A stretch of DNA of 64,000 bases, from the NCBI RefSeq assembly GCF_001194135.2, contig NC_068990.1, forward strand, positions 70,150,560 through 70,214,559. The letters run 5' to 3'. The notes under the pieces were generated by a model. The model saw only the letters and a list, made by a program, of their open reading frames with translations. It made no database searches and was not told where the DNA came from. A program made the translations under genes and the position numbers. This document shows, one piece after another, positions 9,940 to 23,569 of this stretch (positions are counted from its first letter, which is position 1; the number at the start of each line of letters is the position of its first letter). Source of the DNA: Octopus bimaculoides (taxonomy: Eukaryota).

Positions 9940-12939
9940 TAATATGCTTCAACACACGAAATCACATAAAAAATCTTGCAAGCCAAATCCCAAAACAAAA
10001 TATTTATAGTTTATTTAATTTTAAAAATTAAATTATATAGAAGGACTTAATTTCAAGTTAGTTAAGTGACGCACACATTTTGTTCTACTAATTTCGAAGA
10101 AGAAAATGTCACTTTTTTTAAGCTTAAAAGTGAAGAATGATAAATTTTCTCAGCATTAGTCGAAGAGAGTAACATCATAAAATTTGTTTCCCCCCTCTGT
10201 CATCTCTGTTGGTATTACAGAATTTCCAGAAGGTGTGTATAGTCATAACACCACGTCTCTACTTCTCTGTTCACTATACTCTGTTCATCCCAAGCCCTAT
10301 ACTAAAAACATTACACCCAATAGTTCTGTCCCACAACATCAGAGTACAAGAAATCCTCACACATCGTTTTTTTTTTTTGTTTTTTGTTTTTCCTTACAAT
10401 CGTTGACTTTCTGATGTTTCAGTTACATCAATCTCGCCGGAATCAGATTGCAAAAACCATAGATTCTTACTACAGACCAGACCGCGCACACACAAATCAT
10501 CCATCCGTCCATCCATCCATGCATAAACGTACAAACACCTGTACACGAACACACACACACGTATTGGGTGATTGTTCCATTGTCACAGGTGATTGTCAAC
10601 CCTCTGTACTTCCTTGTTGTCAATGACATTTCTGACATGCCATCCATGACTATTCAATCCCATTTCTGATTTGCATGGTTTGAAGCATAGGTGACAGACA
10701 AAAGTTGTAACTTCCACTAGATCAGGTCAGTTTGTGAAATATGATCTTGTGTGAAGTGCTGTATGTCTTTTCTGACCTGAAAACGACTTGCAAAATTTTT
10801 CACATATTACACATGTTGAAGCACTTGGTTTACAAGAGAAAATGGTGCATACCACTGATTTGTTCATTGGACTTCATATGGCTGATATTCTCAGCCTTAG
10901 AAAGGAGTACACAACCAAACATTTCATATCTCATCAAGATTCTAATGATAACCCCTCAGAAACCAGCTCTTTAAGTTTTCGTGCTCAAGGTGACCCTTTT
11001 CAAAAGTTTCACAACTTTCCCTTGTGTTTTCTCCACTCAGATTTCTCAAGACTAGCTATTTCCACTTCATCACATTGACTCACAGGTACACATACATAAA
11101 CTCAACACATGATCATGATATCAGAGGCTAAGAATCTGCAAGACCTTCTCAAGATTGAAAGGATGATGATTAAAACAAGATGCATGTATGCATACATGCA
11201 TGTATGTATGTATGCATGCATGTATGCATACATGAATACATACACACATGCGTGCATACATACACGTGTACATACATGCACGCATGCATGCACACATACA
11301 CACATTACATGGAAAAATGTATGCATGAAAAGTCATATTCTTAAGATTATAAACATGGAAAAGTACAGGACAAGTTATTACACCTGTAAAAGTATAGGAC
11401 AAGCTATTACTTCTAGTAAAGTAAAGATTAAGAAACTTTTTACTTAAAATATTGCAGCAAAGAATACCAGTTCTTCTAATTTATCACTCTTTACAGTTCT
11501 CATCTTTTAAATTTAAACTGTTCAGCTAATTTGTAAGTTTGGCTAATTAGTCACTTTTTTCTGTATTTAAGGTAGTAAATTAGCCAAATTCTACTTAAAT
11601 AAGTATAGTTTTATTTGTAAACTATAATAAAATAAGTTTTAATATTCAAATTTTAATTTTAGCTGCAATATTTTAAGTCAATAGTTTCTTATTCTTTACT
11701 TTACTAGAAGTAACAGCTTGTTCTATACTTTTACAGNNNNNNNNNNNNNNNNNNNNNNNNNNNNNNNNNNNNNNNNNNNNNNNNNNNNNNNNNNNNNNNN
11801 NNNNNNNNNNNNNNNNNNNNNNNNNNNNNNNNNNNNNNNNNNNNNNNNNNNNNNNNNNNNNNNNNNNNNNNNNNNNNNNNNNNNNNNNNNNNNNNNNNNN
11901 NNNNNNNNNNNNNNNNNNNNNNNNNNNNNNNNNNNNNNNNNNNNNNNNNNNNNNNNNNNNNNNNNNNNNNNNNNNNNNNNNNNNNNNNNNNNNNNNNNNN
12001 NNNNNNNNNNNNNNNNNNNNNNNNNNNNNNNNNNNNNNNNNNNNNNNNNNNNNNNNNNNNNNNNNNNNNNNNNNNNNNNNNNNNNNNNNNNNNNNNNNNN
12101 NNNNNNNNNNNNNNNNNNNNNNNNNNNNNNNNNNNNNNNNNNNNNNNNNNNNNNNNNNNNNNNNNNNNNNNNNNNNNNNNNNNNNNNNNNNNNNNNNNNN
12201 NNNNNNNNNNNNNNNNNNNNNNNNNNNNNNNNNNNNNNNNNNNNNNNNNNNNNNNNNNNNNNNNNNNNNNNNNNNNNNNNNNNNNNNNNNNNNNNNNNNN
12301 NNNNNNNNNNNNNNNNNNNNNNNNNNNNNNNNNNNNNNNNNNNNNNNNNNNNNNNNNNNNNNNNNNNNNNNNNNNNNNNNNNNNNNNNNNNNNNNNNNNN
12401 NNNNNNNNNNNNNNNNNNNNNNNNNNNNNNNNNNNNNNNNNNNNNNNNNNNNNNNNNNNNNNNNNNNNNNNNNNNNNNNNNNNNNNNNNNNNNNNNNNNN
12501 NNNNNNNGCAAACCTATCATCAAAGACATTCCAGCCTTCAGCAAACCTTTTCTAGGGATAATCTAGGACATTACATATATACAACGGGCTTCTTTCAGTT
12601 TCTGTCGACCAAATCAACTCACAAGACTTTGGTCGGCCCAAGGTTATAGGGGAGGAGACTTGCCCAAGGTGCCACACAGTGGGACTGAACCCAGAACCAT
12701 AGTTGGGAAGCAAGCTTCTTACCACACAGGAATAAAAAATAAAAGTTTTGGTGCAGAAGGACTGTGAGGATGTGACAGGTGAGAAACCCAATTTCATATA
12801 TGGGACCCAGAATGAGTTTCTGAGACATTTGGGGGAAGAAGAAAAATATATTTTGTATAGCAGCAAATACAGTAACTTTATTTTATCAGCCTAGAAAAAA
12901 TGATAAGTAAAGCTGACACACAGTGTTGGAATACATACC

Positions 12940-13007
<68 letters not shown>

Positions 13008-14257
13008 AAGTGAGAAATTTTATTTTATTTTCTCTGTATCTTAAATACAGTTGTATCTGAGCAACTAAAGTGGGTTAGACTAGGCTACTAAATGAACTCT
13101 CAAGCAGTAACATTAAGTTTGGCATATTATTTCCTCAGTTTCAAAGGTGGGCAAGCTGGCAGAATCATTAGCACACCGGGTGAAATTCTTAGTGGTATTT
13201 CATCTACCACTATGTTCTGAGTTCAAATTCTGCAAAGGTTGACTTTGCCTTTCATCCCTTCGGGGTCGATGACTTAGATACCAGTCAAGTATCGCGGTTG
13301 ATGTGATCAGGCTATGTGCTTATTATAGAAAGGATTATTTTCCTCAGTTCCAGTCAATTACCTTAAATATAGAGAATCTGTGTAATATTTGTATCAAATG
13401 TGCAGCGATAGTATCCTGACTCTTGCAGGACCATTGAATCATAAATGGTATAGAAAAATATTAAGCATATGCATTCTGTGGTTGCTGAATGAGGAATCTT
13501 GTAAAGCTTTTCCAGCAATAGTGTACTTATAATGGTTGATGCAGTTTTGTGTGGATAGTTTTCTCTTTTTTGTCTTGCTAGGTACTTGGTCACCCTGTCA
13601 GTGCAGGTGCCACTTAAAAAGTATCCATACTGTAAAGCGGTTGGTGTTTGGAATGGCATCCAGCTGTAAAAACCTTGCCAGTGCTTGTGTCATGTAAAAA
13701 GCACTAAGTCTACTCTGCTGAGTGGTTGGTGTTAGGAAGGGCATCCAGCCATAAAATTTCTGCCAAAACAGTCACAGAAGTCTGGTGCAGGCTTCTGTCT
13801 GGCCAGCTCCTGTCAAACCATCTCACCCATACCAGAATGGAAGGCAGACATGAAACGATGATGATGATGATGATGATGAAGATGATGATGATGATGTTGA
13901 TATGTACATATATGCATAAATATATTTTTATATATACACACATACAATGCTGTCAATCTCAAGCTAGTTTGACCTGGAAGCTTGTACCATGTTTTTTTCT
14001 AATTGTTTTAAGTGTTTTAAGTGGTTTTGCTGTTGAGAATAGACACAGGACAATCTCTTGGCTTTCCTCTCCTGACTCAGAAAAACACTGAGGATATGAC
14101 AACTGAAGGAAAAGAGAGAGAAGCACTGGTACTTGGCTGGTGTTGATTGCTCAATGATACCAGGTGCTTTGTGCAGGAACTGAATACACAGTCTTATGAT
14201 TATGAGGACTAACATGCTAACTGCTAAGCCACACACTTCTTCTTACTTCTATCTCTT

Positions 14258-14342
14258 TCTCTCTCTCTTCCGTCCTCTCTTTCTCTCTCTCTTCCGTCCT
14301 CTCTTTCTCTCTCTCTTCCGTCCTCTCTTTCTCTCTCTCTCT
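14258..14342. repeat. 24-bp CT-rich tandem repeat x3
   Basis: ttctctctctcttccgtcctctct repeated. Confidence 0.85.
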
Positions 14343-14490
14343 CCCTGCATATATGTGTGTGTGTATATACAAAGAACTCAGCAACTGAGACTACATATTG
14401 GATTGTAATACTAGAACAAGCAGATGTGCTTCAAGAAGAGATAGGTGGGATTTACTCTAACCACCTATACAATATCATATATATATATAA

Positions 14491-14528
<38 letters not shown>

Positions 14529-16659
14529 ATATATTAATAAGTTCCTGGCTTTGGGTAAAAGAAAATACAAGTTAATTATGATTTCATTCAATATATTCTT
14601 TCAGATTCACACACTTATCTCAGTGGTCCTTCAGTTTTTCTAAGCCCTGTAAAAGAATTTGGAAAGTTGAGCCTCCAGTGAGGCCTTTCGTAATATCTAA
14701 AGGCCAGGAACTTTTCAGCACCCTCTTGTAGATATAGAGATGCACATTTACATGTATATATATANNNNNNNNNNNNNNNNNNNNNNNNNNNNNNNNNNNN
14801 NNNNNNNNNNNNNNNNNNNNNNNNNNNNNNNNNNNNNNNNNNNNNNNNNNNNNNNNNNNNNNNNNNNNNNNNNNNNNNNNNNNNNNNNNNNNATATATAT
14901 ATGTATATTAAACTACCTGTGACCCATTGTGTCACCAGGGAAGTCTGAGTTTCCCAGCAGTGGAGTTTTCTTTCATAGGTTTTTTCCTCTTTTCCATGTT
15001 ATTTTGCATGCATTCAATGGATATGACATTGAAATCATGAGTAAATGGCTCCTTTCCCCAGAAAAGGAAATATTTGGCTGCTATTTCTTGCATACCCTGC
15101 TACAACGTAACAGGTATTTTGGGTTCTTTATCACAAATAGCAGTTACGTGGTAGCAGGATGTGCTAGAAATAGCAGCCAAATCTTTGGAGGTGAGATACG
15201 TTGAATGCACTCGAAAGAAACCTATGGAAAAAAACTATTTCACAATGAGATTACAAACGGATCTTTTATAAAATATTCATCATATTTTTGAAGTCATTTT
15301 CACTTAAAAATATTTTGCCTATTATAATGTGTCTAATGGAAAGGTCAGAGTTTCTTCCCTTTCAGGATTAAGTTATTTTCAGAGTATTTTCCCATTATGC
15401 ACCATTTTGGGTATTCATACCTCAAAACCCTGAATCTCTCAATAACTTCTGGTCTGATTTATGCAAAACTTGTTTTATTCCATTCATATTCATATTCCAG
15501 GGCCACTTTACTTTCAAAGTGTTTTCCCATTATGCATCAGTTTGGCTGTGTAACATTGCAAGCAAACAAGATCGAACTTCACTTTTAATGTATTGTGTGT
15601 GTGTGTGCGTTGTGAATGTGCATGTATGAGTGTGTGTGTATGCATGTGGTTGACTGCGTTGACTTTGTCTTTCACTATTTTAATGTAAATAATACAGGTC
15701 CCTACCAAATACTGGGGGTTATTGTGCCAAGATTAGAAACCATTATTATTATTGAGATTCAAGAATTATTAGGGTGTTGAATAGAATGCCTTACAGTATT
15801 CCTTTTAACTCTACATTCTGAGTTCAAATCTCGTTATCATCAAGTATATTTTTCATCCCTTTAGGTATTGCTTTTATAAAGTACTAAAATAAAGAACTCG
15901 TCAAGCGCTGGGGTTGATGGAATTGACTAAACTTATCCCTTCAAAATTATTGACTTTGTGCCTAAATTAGAAAGAATAGCATATCAGACAAAATGTTCAG
16001 TGTCATTGCTTCTAGCTCTTTGTGTTTTGAGTAGTCCTGGTATTTCTTCACAATGAGATCCAACCCTTTCTATTATGCTTTATTTCTATCAACTCCTTAT
16101 TCTCTGAGCATAAAGTTTCCCCTAACCACTCAGAGTTTGAAGTCCAGCAAGCTGCATAGTGACTTGACTGGTGCTGGTGGCATGAAAAAAGCATCCAATA
16201 CACTCTGTAAAGTGATTTGTATTAAGTGGGGTATCCAACCATAGAAATCATGCTAAAGCAAATTATTGGAGCACAGTGCAGTCTTTGGGACCATCAGATC
16301 CTGTCAAACCAACCAACCCATGCCAGCATGGAGCATGGACAGTAAATGATGATAATGGTAGTAGTAGTAGTAGTAGTGGTGGTGGTGGTGGTGGTGGTGG
16401 TGGTATAGTCTATAGAAGGGATTATAACACAAGCTGTGTTCTCATAAAGCACATCAGCATATTCCAGCTATCAACTACATGTATGTAGATGTTTTATTTT
16501 AAAGGAGAAAATCATATATACAAGTTGAAATTCCTGATCAAGTATATTAGTTATTCTGTATTAAAAGAAAGACTGGAGTTTATGGTATTATTTTAATTCT
16601 GTAGTTACAATTGTTTCATTACAACATGGGAAATACATTTTATGAATATAAATATTAAT

Positions 16660-17080
16660 ATTGGTTTCAAATTTTAATACAAGGTCAGCAATTTTGGGGA
16701 GAGGGTAAGTTGATTACATCAACCCCAGTGCTCAACTGGTACTTATTTTATCGACCCTGAAAGGTTGAAAGCAAAGTCAACCTTGCTGGAATTTGAATTC
16801 AGTTTGTAAAGACAGATAAAATGCAGTTAAGCATTTTACCTGGCATGCTAACAATTCTACTGGCTTGCCACCTTAATATAGATATTAATATTAATAGGAA
16901 TATATAAGGCAGCAAGCTGGCAGAATTGTTAGCACACTGGGAAAGATGCTTAGTATTTCCTCTATCTCTATATTCTGAGTTCAAATTCTGCTGAGGTTGA
17001 TTTTGCCTTTCCTCCTCTCAGGGTCAATAAAATAAGTACCAGTTGAGCACTGGGGTCAATTTAATTGACTTGGCCCCCTA
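16660..17080. mobile_element. Head-to-head inverted pair of family B SINEs
   Basis: Minus copy 16660-16875 and plus copy 16905-17080, separated by about 30 AT-rich bases. Confidence 0.85.
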
Positions 17081-18699
17081 CCCCTATCAATGTTCATGAA
17101 ACGTATTTCCCATGTTGTAATGAAACAATTGTAACTACAGAATTACGAATAATATCATTAATTCCTCCCTTTGTTTTAATGGAAAACAAGGAATAAATAA
17201 GTGTGAATGATGGTGATAATGATGATGATGATGACAACAACAACAGTAACGATAATGATGAAGAGGAAGGTGATCATGATGTCGACAACAACGATGATGA
17301 TGATGATGATGACAATACATAGAGGAAAAGTACACAATAGAAAAGACAGAAGTAGCAGCAGTAACAGGAAGAGGAGACTGCCTGGAATGTTTTCGTTCAT
17401 TGAATCTCTTCATTGTTCTTTGATATCCTGTTGCGTTTATTTAATCCAGAATTTACCAAATAAAGCAACACAGATGTATACTAGGAGTTATTGACTTTCC
17501 GGAAGAAAAGAAATGCAGAGCTTTTTAAGGCAATGACTGAAGCAGCTGAGGAAACTTCCAGCTGGATCCAGTGAAGGAGGAATGGAAAGAAATTTCAAAA
17601 AACATATTCTACTCCACAGTTAACAAGCTTTTCAGACTGAACTTGTTACAACAACCAAGGTACTTTGGCTCTGGGATGCCTTAACTATCCAGGATAGTTG
17701 CAATGAAGAGAGTAGTGCAGAATCACTAGTTTAGCTAGAGTGTATGCTGTCCTTCAGTTTGCCAACATCTCTCCAGGCCCCCATAAAAAATACATATTGC
17801 CTACAGCAGGCCCAAAAGTGGTGCCATCCCCTAAAAATTGCAAGACCACGCCCTCTGTCCATCTCTAGCTATGCTAGTGTACCGAATGTGACAAGAGCAG
17901 AGCATCCAGGAGTCAAAAATTGGATGCAGTTCAGCCCTTTTATACAAAGAGTTAGGAGCTGAAACACTTCCATGGATAGGGTGGGGGTACTTCTTCTCTG
18001 AAGACCTGCAGCTGTTCAGCTCTTCATAGGCTTTCTTAATGCTATAAGTCTTTAAAAAAATAAAATGAAATAAAAACTGTTTTCCAAATCTACATAAAAA
18101 AAATGAACTCATGCCCTTTCGACTGTGAACTGAAGACCCCTAACCACTTAGCCATGCACCTTCACCGGGAGCAACTTATACATAGGCTAAGCTAAAACTA
18201 GAAAGGGAGGCTTTTAAAAACAAGATAAAGTAAAAACTGTTTTACAAATCTACATAAAAAGCAAAATAATGTTGGCTTCCTTCTATGTCTGGAAGAGCTA
18301 CCAAAGAAATCATTATTAAACTAAAGATGGTAAAATTTATATTTGTTGAGCTCCTTGCCATTTTGCTACAAAAGTGCTACAGAAATTAGTTGTAGTGGTA
18401 GTGGTGATGCTGGTGGTAGCAGTTCTAGTATACATAGGTTCCAGTCATAACCAGCCCATTTTCAAAAAATTTTAGTGTCTTGTATTTTATTTTTAACAGT
18501 AGAGTGTAGTTTGGCTGTTATTTCAAGTATGTTGGATGATCACTTAAAGGACTCCATATAGAGTTTATGTGGAGGAGGTACTCTTGCAGGCGGTGGCTGC
18601 AGTGTAGAAGTGGTAAAGTGATCAGCCTTTGCAAAACAATGTTGAAAAGTCTAGATTAGTGACTGGGTGGGGAATTTCTGGGTTTTTTTAGGTCAGATT

Positions 18700-19125
18700 G
18701 AGACAGAGATCACAGAGAGATAAGGAGAAGGGGAGAAAAAGAGGATGGGAGAAATATGGAGAAGAGGAGAGAAAGAAGAGAAGGGCAGAGGGTGATGAGG
18801 AAGGGAAGAAGAAAGACAGAGGGGAATGAAAGAGAGAAAGGACGAGAAAAAGGAAGAGGGAGGGAGAAAGATAAAGAGGAGAGAAAGATAAAGAGGAGAG
18901 AAAGAAGAGAAAGACAGCAGATGATGAGAAAGAAAGGAAGAAAGAAAAATGGGAAAAGAAAGAGAAAAAGAGGAGAGAGAGAGGGAGAAAGAGAGAGAAA
19001 GGAGAAAGAGAGAAAAATGAGAAATAGAGGTGATATAGGAGGAGAAAGACAGAGAGGAAATGAGGGAGAGTAAAGTAAGGGGAAAGAGAGAGAGGGAGAA
19101 AGAAAAGACAGAGAGAGAGGAAGTT
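18700..19125 (+). repeat. Long GA-rich polypurine low-complexity tract
   Basis: Almost exclusively A/G for about 420 bp. Confidence 0.9.
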
Positions 19126-19617
19126 ACATAAAGAATTTCGAAAGTCCCCTTCCCAATTGTAATGACCCCATATTCAACTTAACAATTGTATTTTAGGTAC
19201 TAAACAAACCTTTTGACAAATAATTTTCAGAAATTAGCCAAGAGTACATATATCATAAAGCCAGATTGAGTTTCAAGCCACTAGATTTTTTTTCCCTCCA
19301 ACTGAACTTAACACCACTCACATACTTTTGGTATACATGTGCACACACAAATACACAGACACAGACACAGACACCCATATACACACAGCTGTTACTTAAT
19401 TGCACCACACACTTCTCCGATAACAGAGTCAATAACTATTGAAGAGGTTGCGAGAAGCAACGAAAGTTTTAGGAAATAAAAAAATAGATGAGTGGAAATT
19501 GTACCAGTGAATGTGTTAATTAAAACAGAATGACTCTCCCCAGACACAACAAAATATGCTTCAACACACGAATTTACATAAAGAATCTTGCAAACCAAAT
19601 ACAAAAACAAAATATAT

Positions 19618-19963
19618 CATCATCATCATCATCGTTTAACGTCCGTTTTCCATGCTAGCATGGTTTGGACAGTTTGATCGGGGTCTGAGAAGCCAGTAGG
19701 CTGCACCAGGCTCCAGTCTAACCTGGCAGTGTTTCTACAGCTGGATGCCCTTCTGAACACCAACCACTCCATGAGTGTAGTGGGTGCTTTTTACGTGCTA
19801 CTGGCAAAGGGGCTGGAGGAGGCGGGAAACAGCCACGATCAGTTGGTGTTTTTTATGTGCCACCTGCACAGAAGCCAGTCAAGGCGGTGCTGGCAAAGGA
19901 CACGTTCGGATAGTGCTTTTTACGTGCCACTGGCATGGGTATCACAACTACAATTTCCATTTG

Positions 19964-19965
<2 letters not shown>
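19618..19965 (-). mobile_element. RTE 3'-UTR-only copy
   Basis: Homologous to 20598-20755, including atcacaactacaatttccatttgat. Confidence 0.85.
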
Positions 19966-19995
<30 letters not shown>

Positions 19996-20063
19996 ATGTA
20001 TACATATATATACATACATATATAGACATATATATAGACATATATACATACATATATATATAC

Positions 20064-20129
<66 letters not shown>

Positions 20130-20133
<4 letters not shown>

Positions 20134-20575
20134 CCGAGACCTTTGGAAATGTGCTGTGCGTGAGAAGACCCGGCAAGCCAAGTAAGATCATTGCCAGTGC
20201 CCCTGGACTGGCTCTTGTGCAGGTGGCACATGAGATGCACCATTTTGAGCGTGGCCGTTGCCAGTACCGCCTGACTGGCTCCCGTAGGATTTTCGAGCGA
20301 GATCGTTGCCAGTGCCCCTGGACTGGCTTGTGCGGGTGGCACATAAAAGACACCATTTCGAGCATGGCCATTTTCGTGCGGGTGACACGTAAAAGCACCC
20401 ACTACACTCTCTGAGTGGTTGGCGTTAGGAAGGGCATCCAGCTGTAGAAACTCTGCCAAATTAGATTGGAGCCTGGTGTTGCCATCCGGTTTCACCAGTC
20501 CTCAGTCAAATCGTCCAACCCATGCTAGCATGGAAAGCGGACGTTAAACGATGATGATGATGATGATGATGATAT
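20130..20575 (+). mobile_element. Short element carrying the RTE 3' tail with ~67-bp internal tandem units
   Basis: Ends ggacgttaaacgatgatgatg like the LINE at 20598. Similar tails at 2225-2445, 3020-3415, 13640-13890, 16165-16350, 19618-19965(-), 27358-27560(-), 27880-27985 and 54990-55150(-). Confidence 0.85.
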
Positions 20576-20597
20576 ATATATACATACATATATATAG

Positions 20598-22548
20598 CAT
20601 CATCATTGTTTAACGTCTGTTTTCCATGGTGGCATAGGTTGGAGGGTTCGACTAAGGTCTGAGAAGCCAGGAGGCTGGCAACAACCACGATCGGTTGGTG
20701 CTTTTTACATGCCACCAGCACGGGGATCACAACTACAATTTCCATTTGATTTTGATTTTGATGTACTTGACTCAATAGGTCTCCTCAAGCATGGAATGTC
20801 ACCCTACGATCCAAGGTACCTTTGAGTGGGCTGGTTATGCGACACTGGTGTAGATTACAGCTGTGAACTCACTTTATTTGTTGGGTCTTCTCAATCACAG
20901 CATACTTCCAGAGGTCTTGGTCTTTTGTCATTGCCTCTGTGAGGCCCAACGTTCGAAGGCCATGCTTCACCACCTCATCCCATGCCTTCCTGGGTCTCCC
21001 TCTACCCCGGATTCCTTCTACTGTTTGGGAGTGTCACTTCTTCACACAGCTCTCCTCATCCATCCATAGTACTCATGTACTATGGATGGATGAGGAGAGC
21101 AAACGTCTCTCTTGCACTCCACATCCGATGCTTCTTATGTCCATCATTTCTCTCATGTGTGCACACTGATATTACACATCCAGCGGATCATGCTAGCTTC
21201 ATTTCTTTCGAGCTTACACATGTCTTCAGCAGTCATGGCCCATGTTTCTCTGCCGTGAAGCATGGCAGTTCACACACATGCATTGTAGAATCTACCTTTC
21301 ACTTTGAGAGAGAGGCCCTTTGTCACTTGTAGGGGTAGAAGCTTTCTGAACTTTGCCCAGGCTATTCTCATTCTAGTGGTAACACTCTCTGAGTATCCAC
21401 CCACATGACAGACTTGGTCACCTAAGTAGAGGAAGCTATCAACTACTTCTAGTTTCTTCCCCTGGCATGTGATGGAATTTGTTTCCTGAGCATCTGTGGT
21501 GTTTATTGCCCCTGTGCATCTGCCGCACACAAAAGCTATCTTCCTTTGATGTTGCTGCACTTCTTATGTGTCTATAGCTTACATTGGGTACATCTTATGG
21601 AGGTTCTACCTATACCTTTTCTACAGATTGAGCAGGGCCACCTACCTGAAGGGGTGTGTGATGTGTTCGCCTTCCTACTTACTAGAACTTTGGTCTTTGC
21701 AACATTGTCTCTAAGGCCCTTTGATTCTAAACCTTGCTTCCACACCTGAAATTTCTTCTCTAGTTCTGGTAGTGATTCTGCTATGAGGGCCAAGTCATCA
21801 GCATAGAGGAGCTTCCAGGGGTAACCTGTCTTCAATTCCTCTGTAATTGCCTGGAGGACTATGATGAATAAAAGGGGACTGAGGGCTGATCCTTGGTAGA
21901 CCCCTACTTCTACCTGAAATTATTCACTATACTCATTGCCAACCCTAACCTTACTAACGGCATCTCCGTATAGGGCCTGTAAAGCCCTTATTAACCAATC
22001 GTCAATCCCCAGTTTCTGCATCACCCACCAGATAAGGGATAAGGCTTTCTCCAAGTCCACAAAAGCTAAGTATAGGGGTTTATCTTTGGCTATGTATTTT
22101 TCCTGAAGTTGCCGCACCAGGAACATTGCATCAGTGGTGCTTCTACCTGGCACAAAACCGAACTGCATCTCATCTAAGAAGACTCTCTCCCTACTTAGTT
22201 GGGCTATGACCCTCTCCGTGACCTTCATCACTTGATCCAGCAGTTTGATACCCCTGTAATTATTTCTGTCTAAAGCATCACCTTTACCCTTGTAGCAGTT
22301 GACTATGGTGCTGCAACACCAGTCATTGGGTATGTCTCCATCATGAACTACCTGGTTTACAATATGGGTGACTAGGCAAAAGCCCACAGTAATTCCTGAT
22401 AGGCTGGGGGGTTTTCCTGGCTTCATACCCTTAATTGCTTTATCTACCAGGGTGCTGTCTATTCGGATAGCTGGTCCCTCTATTGAGTCATTTGGCAGGC
22501 TCTCCTCCTCCCATTCATTCTCCACGTTCAGCAGTCTTTCATACCGAA
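20598..22548 (-). mobile_element. 5'-truncated RTE-clade LINE (decayed ORF2 reverse transcriptase plus 3' UTR)
   Basis: RT motifs GDALDRNNYRGIKLL, MQFGFVPGRSTTDA, FVDLEKA, LLYADDLAL, then SFLYLGD and RIAWAKF, across three frames. The 3' end is ...acgttaaacaatgatgatg. Confidence 0.92.
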
Positions 22549-23569
22549 AGGGAAGTACATTGTATATATGTATGCATGGTACATATGTGCGTGCATGTGT
22601 GTGTGTGTGTCTGTATGTATGTAGGTGCAATTACAACATCCACACTTGTTACAAAAATACACATACACACACCCAGTTGTAGCATATCCACCTAGAACTT
22701 TGTTATTCCCTGAAGCTAGATTTTCACTGCAAAATAGGAAAGAAAAAGATTGAAAATTTATTCATCGGAAGTGAATAATTTCCATGAATGAATGAATGAT
22801 TCTAAGTCAACATTGTGCAATGGACAAGAAAGAAGCTGGCCACAGATACAGTCTATGTAGTCAGTCAGTGTAGGTTAGTCAACATTTTAGCTTAGATTAA
22901 GTGATTTACTGCTAACATTATTTAATTACAAAACATAACTTTGTGATTTTGTCAGTTGAAGCAGGTTTTACTAAATCAGATGGCTTTATCACTGAGCTGT
23001 GTGCATGGGCAAACTTTTTCAAGAAGCGGGCTGCACAACTAAAAGAACTCAAGATAATTTTCATTAAACGTGCCATTCAAAAAGTCCTGCAGGCTGCAGT
23101 TTGCCAAGGACTGTGTCAAAGGTTGTTTTTATCAAATAAAAATCTTATTACAGACACTCCAATCAGCAGCACTAAAAATCATCTTTCTAGGGAATACACA
23201 AAAGGTGTGTATTGTAAGTAGATTTGTTCCAATAACAATTGTCGTTCCAAGAACAAAAAAAAAAAACAATTTATATAAACACGCACACACGTGTGTATGT
23301 GTGTGGGGTTGTCAGATAAATTGATACTTTTTTTACATTCAAAATTCTTGGATCTTTTCTGTTTGGCTGCCACTTTTCAATTTCTGTTCCAATTGATTTT
23401 ATATTTAATGTAATGATGTAGTTTTGTATGCTAATCATTGACATGAAATTCATTTTCATCATAAATCAACAAATGAAGAGTTAATAGCTTTTAAAGTTTG
23501 CAAATTTTGTGTAATTTTAGCCAATCATAAGCAACAGACACATTCATACCCGTTTCCATAGTAACAAGC

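Noticed and set aside
11180-11330. Cluster of TGCATG (RBFOX) hexamers
   Set aside because: Arises from ATGC/ATGT tetranucleotide drift and is far from any supported exon.
11700-11736. Acceptor-like ttttacag immediately before a gap, hinting at a hidden exon
   Set aside because: Cannot be tested because the sequence is missing, such motifs are common in AT-rich DNA, and no partner exons were found.
4328-14935. ORFs spanning N gaps (4328, 4359, 11718, 11723, 14615, 14740)
   Set aside because: Lengths come from X residues.
18756-19073. R/K/E-rich ORF
   Set aside because: Translation of a GA polypurine tract.
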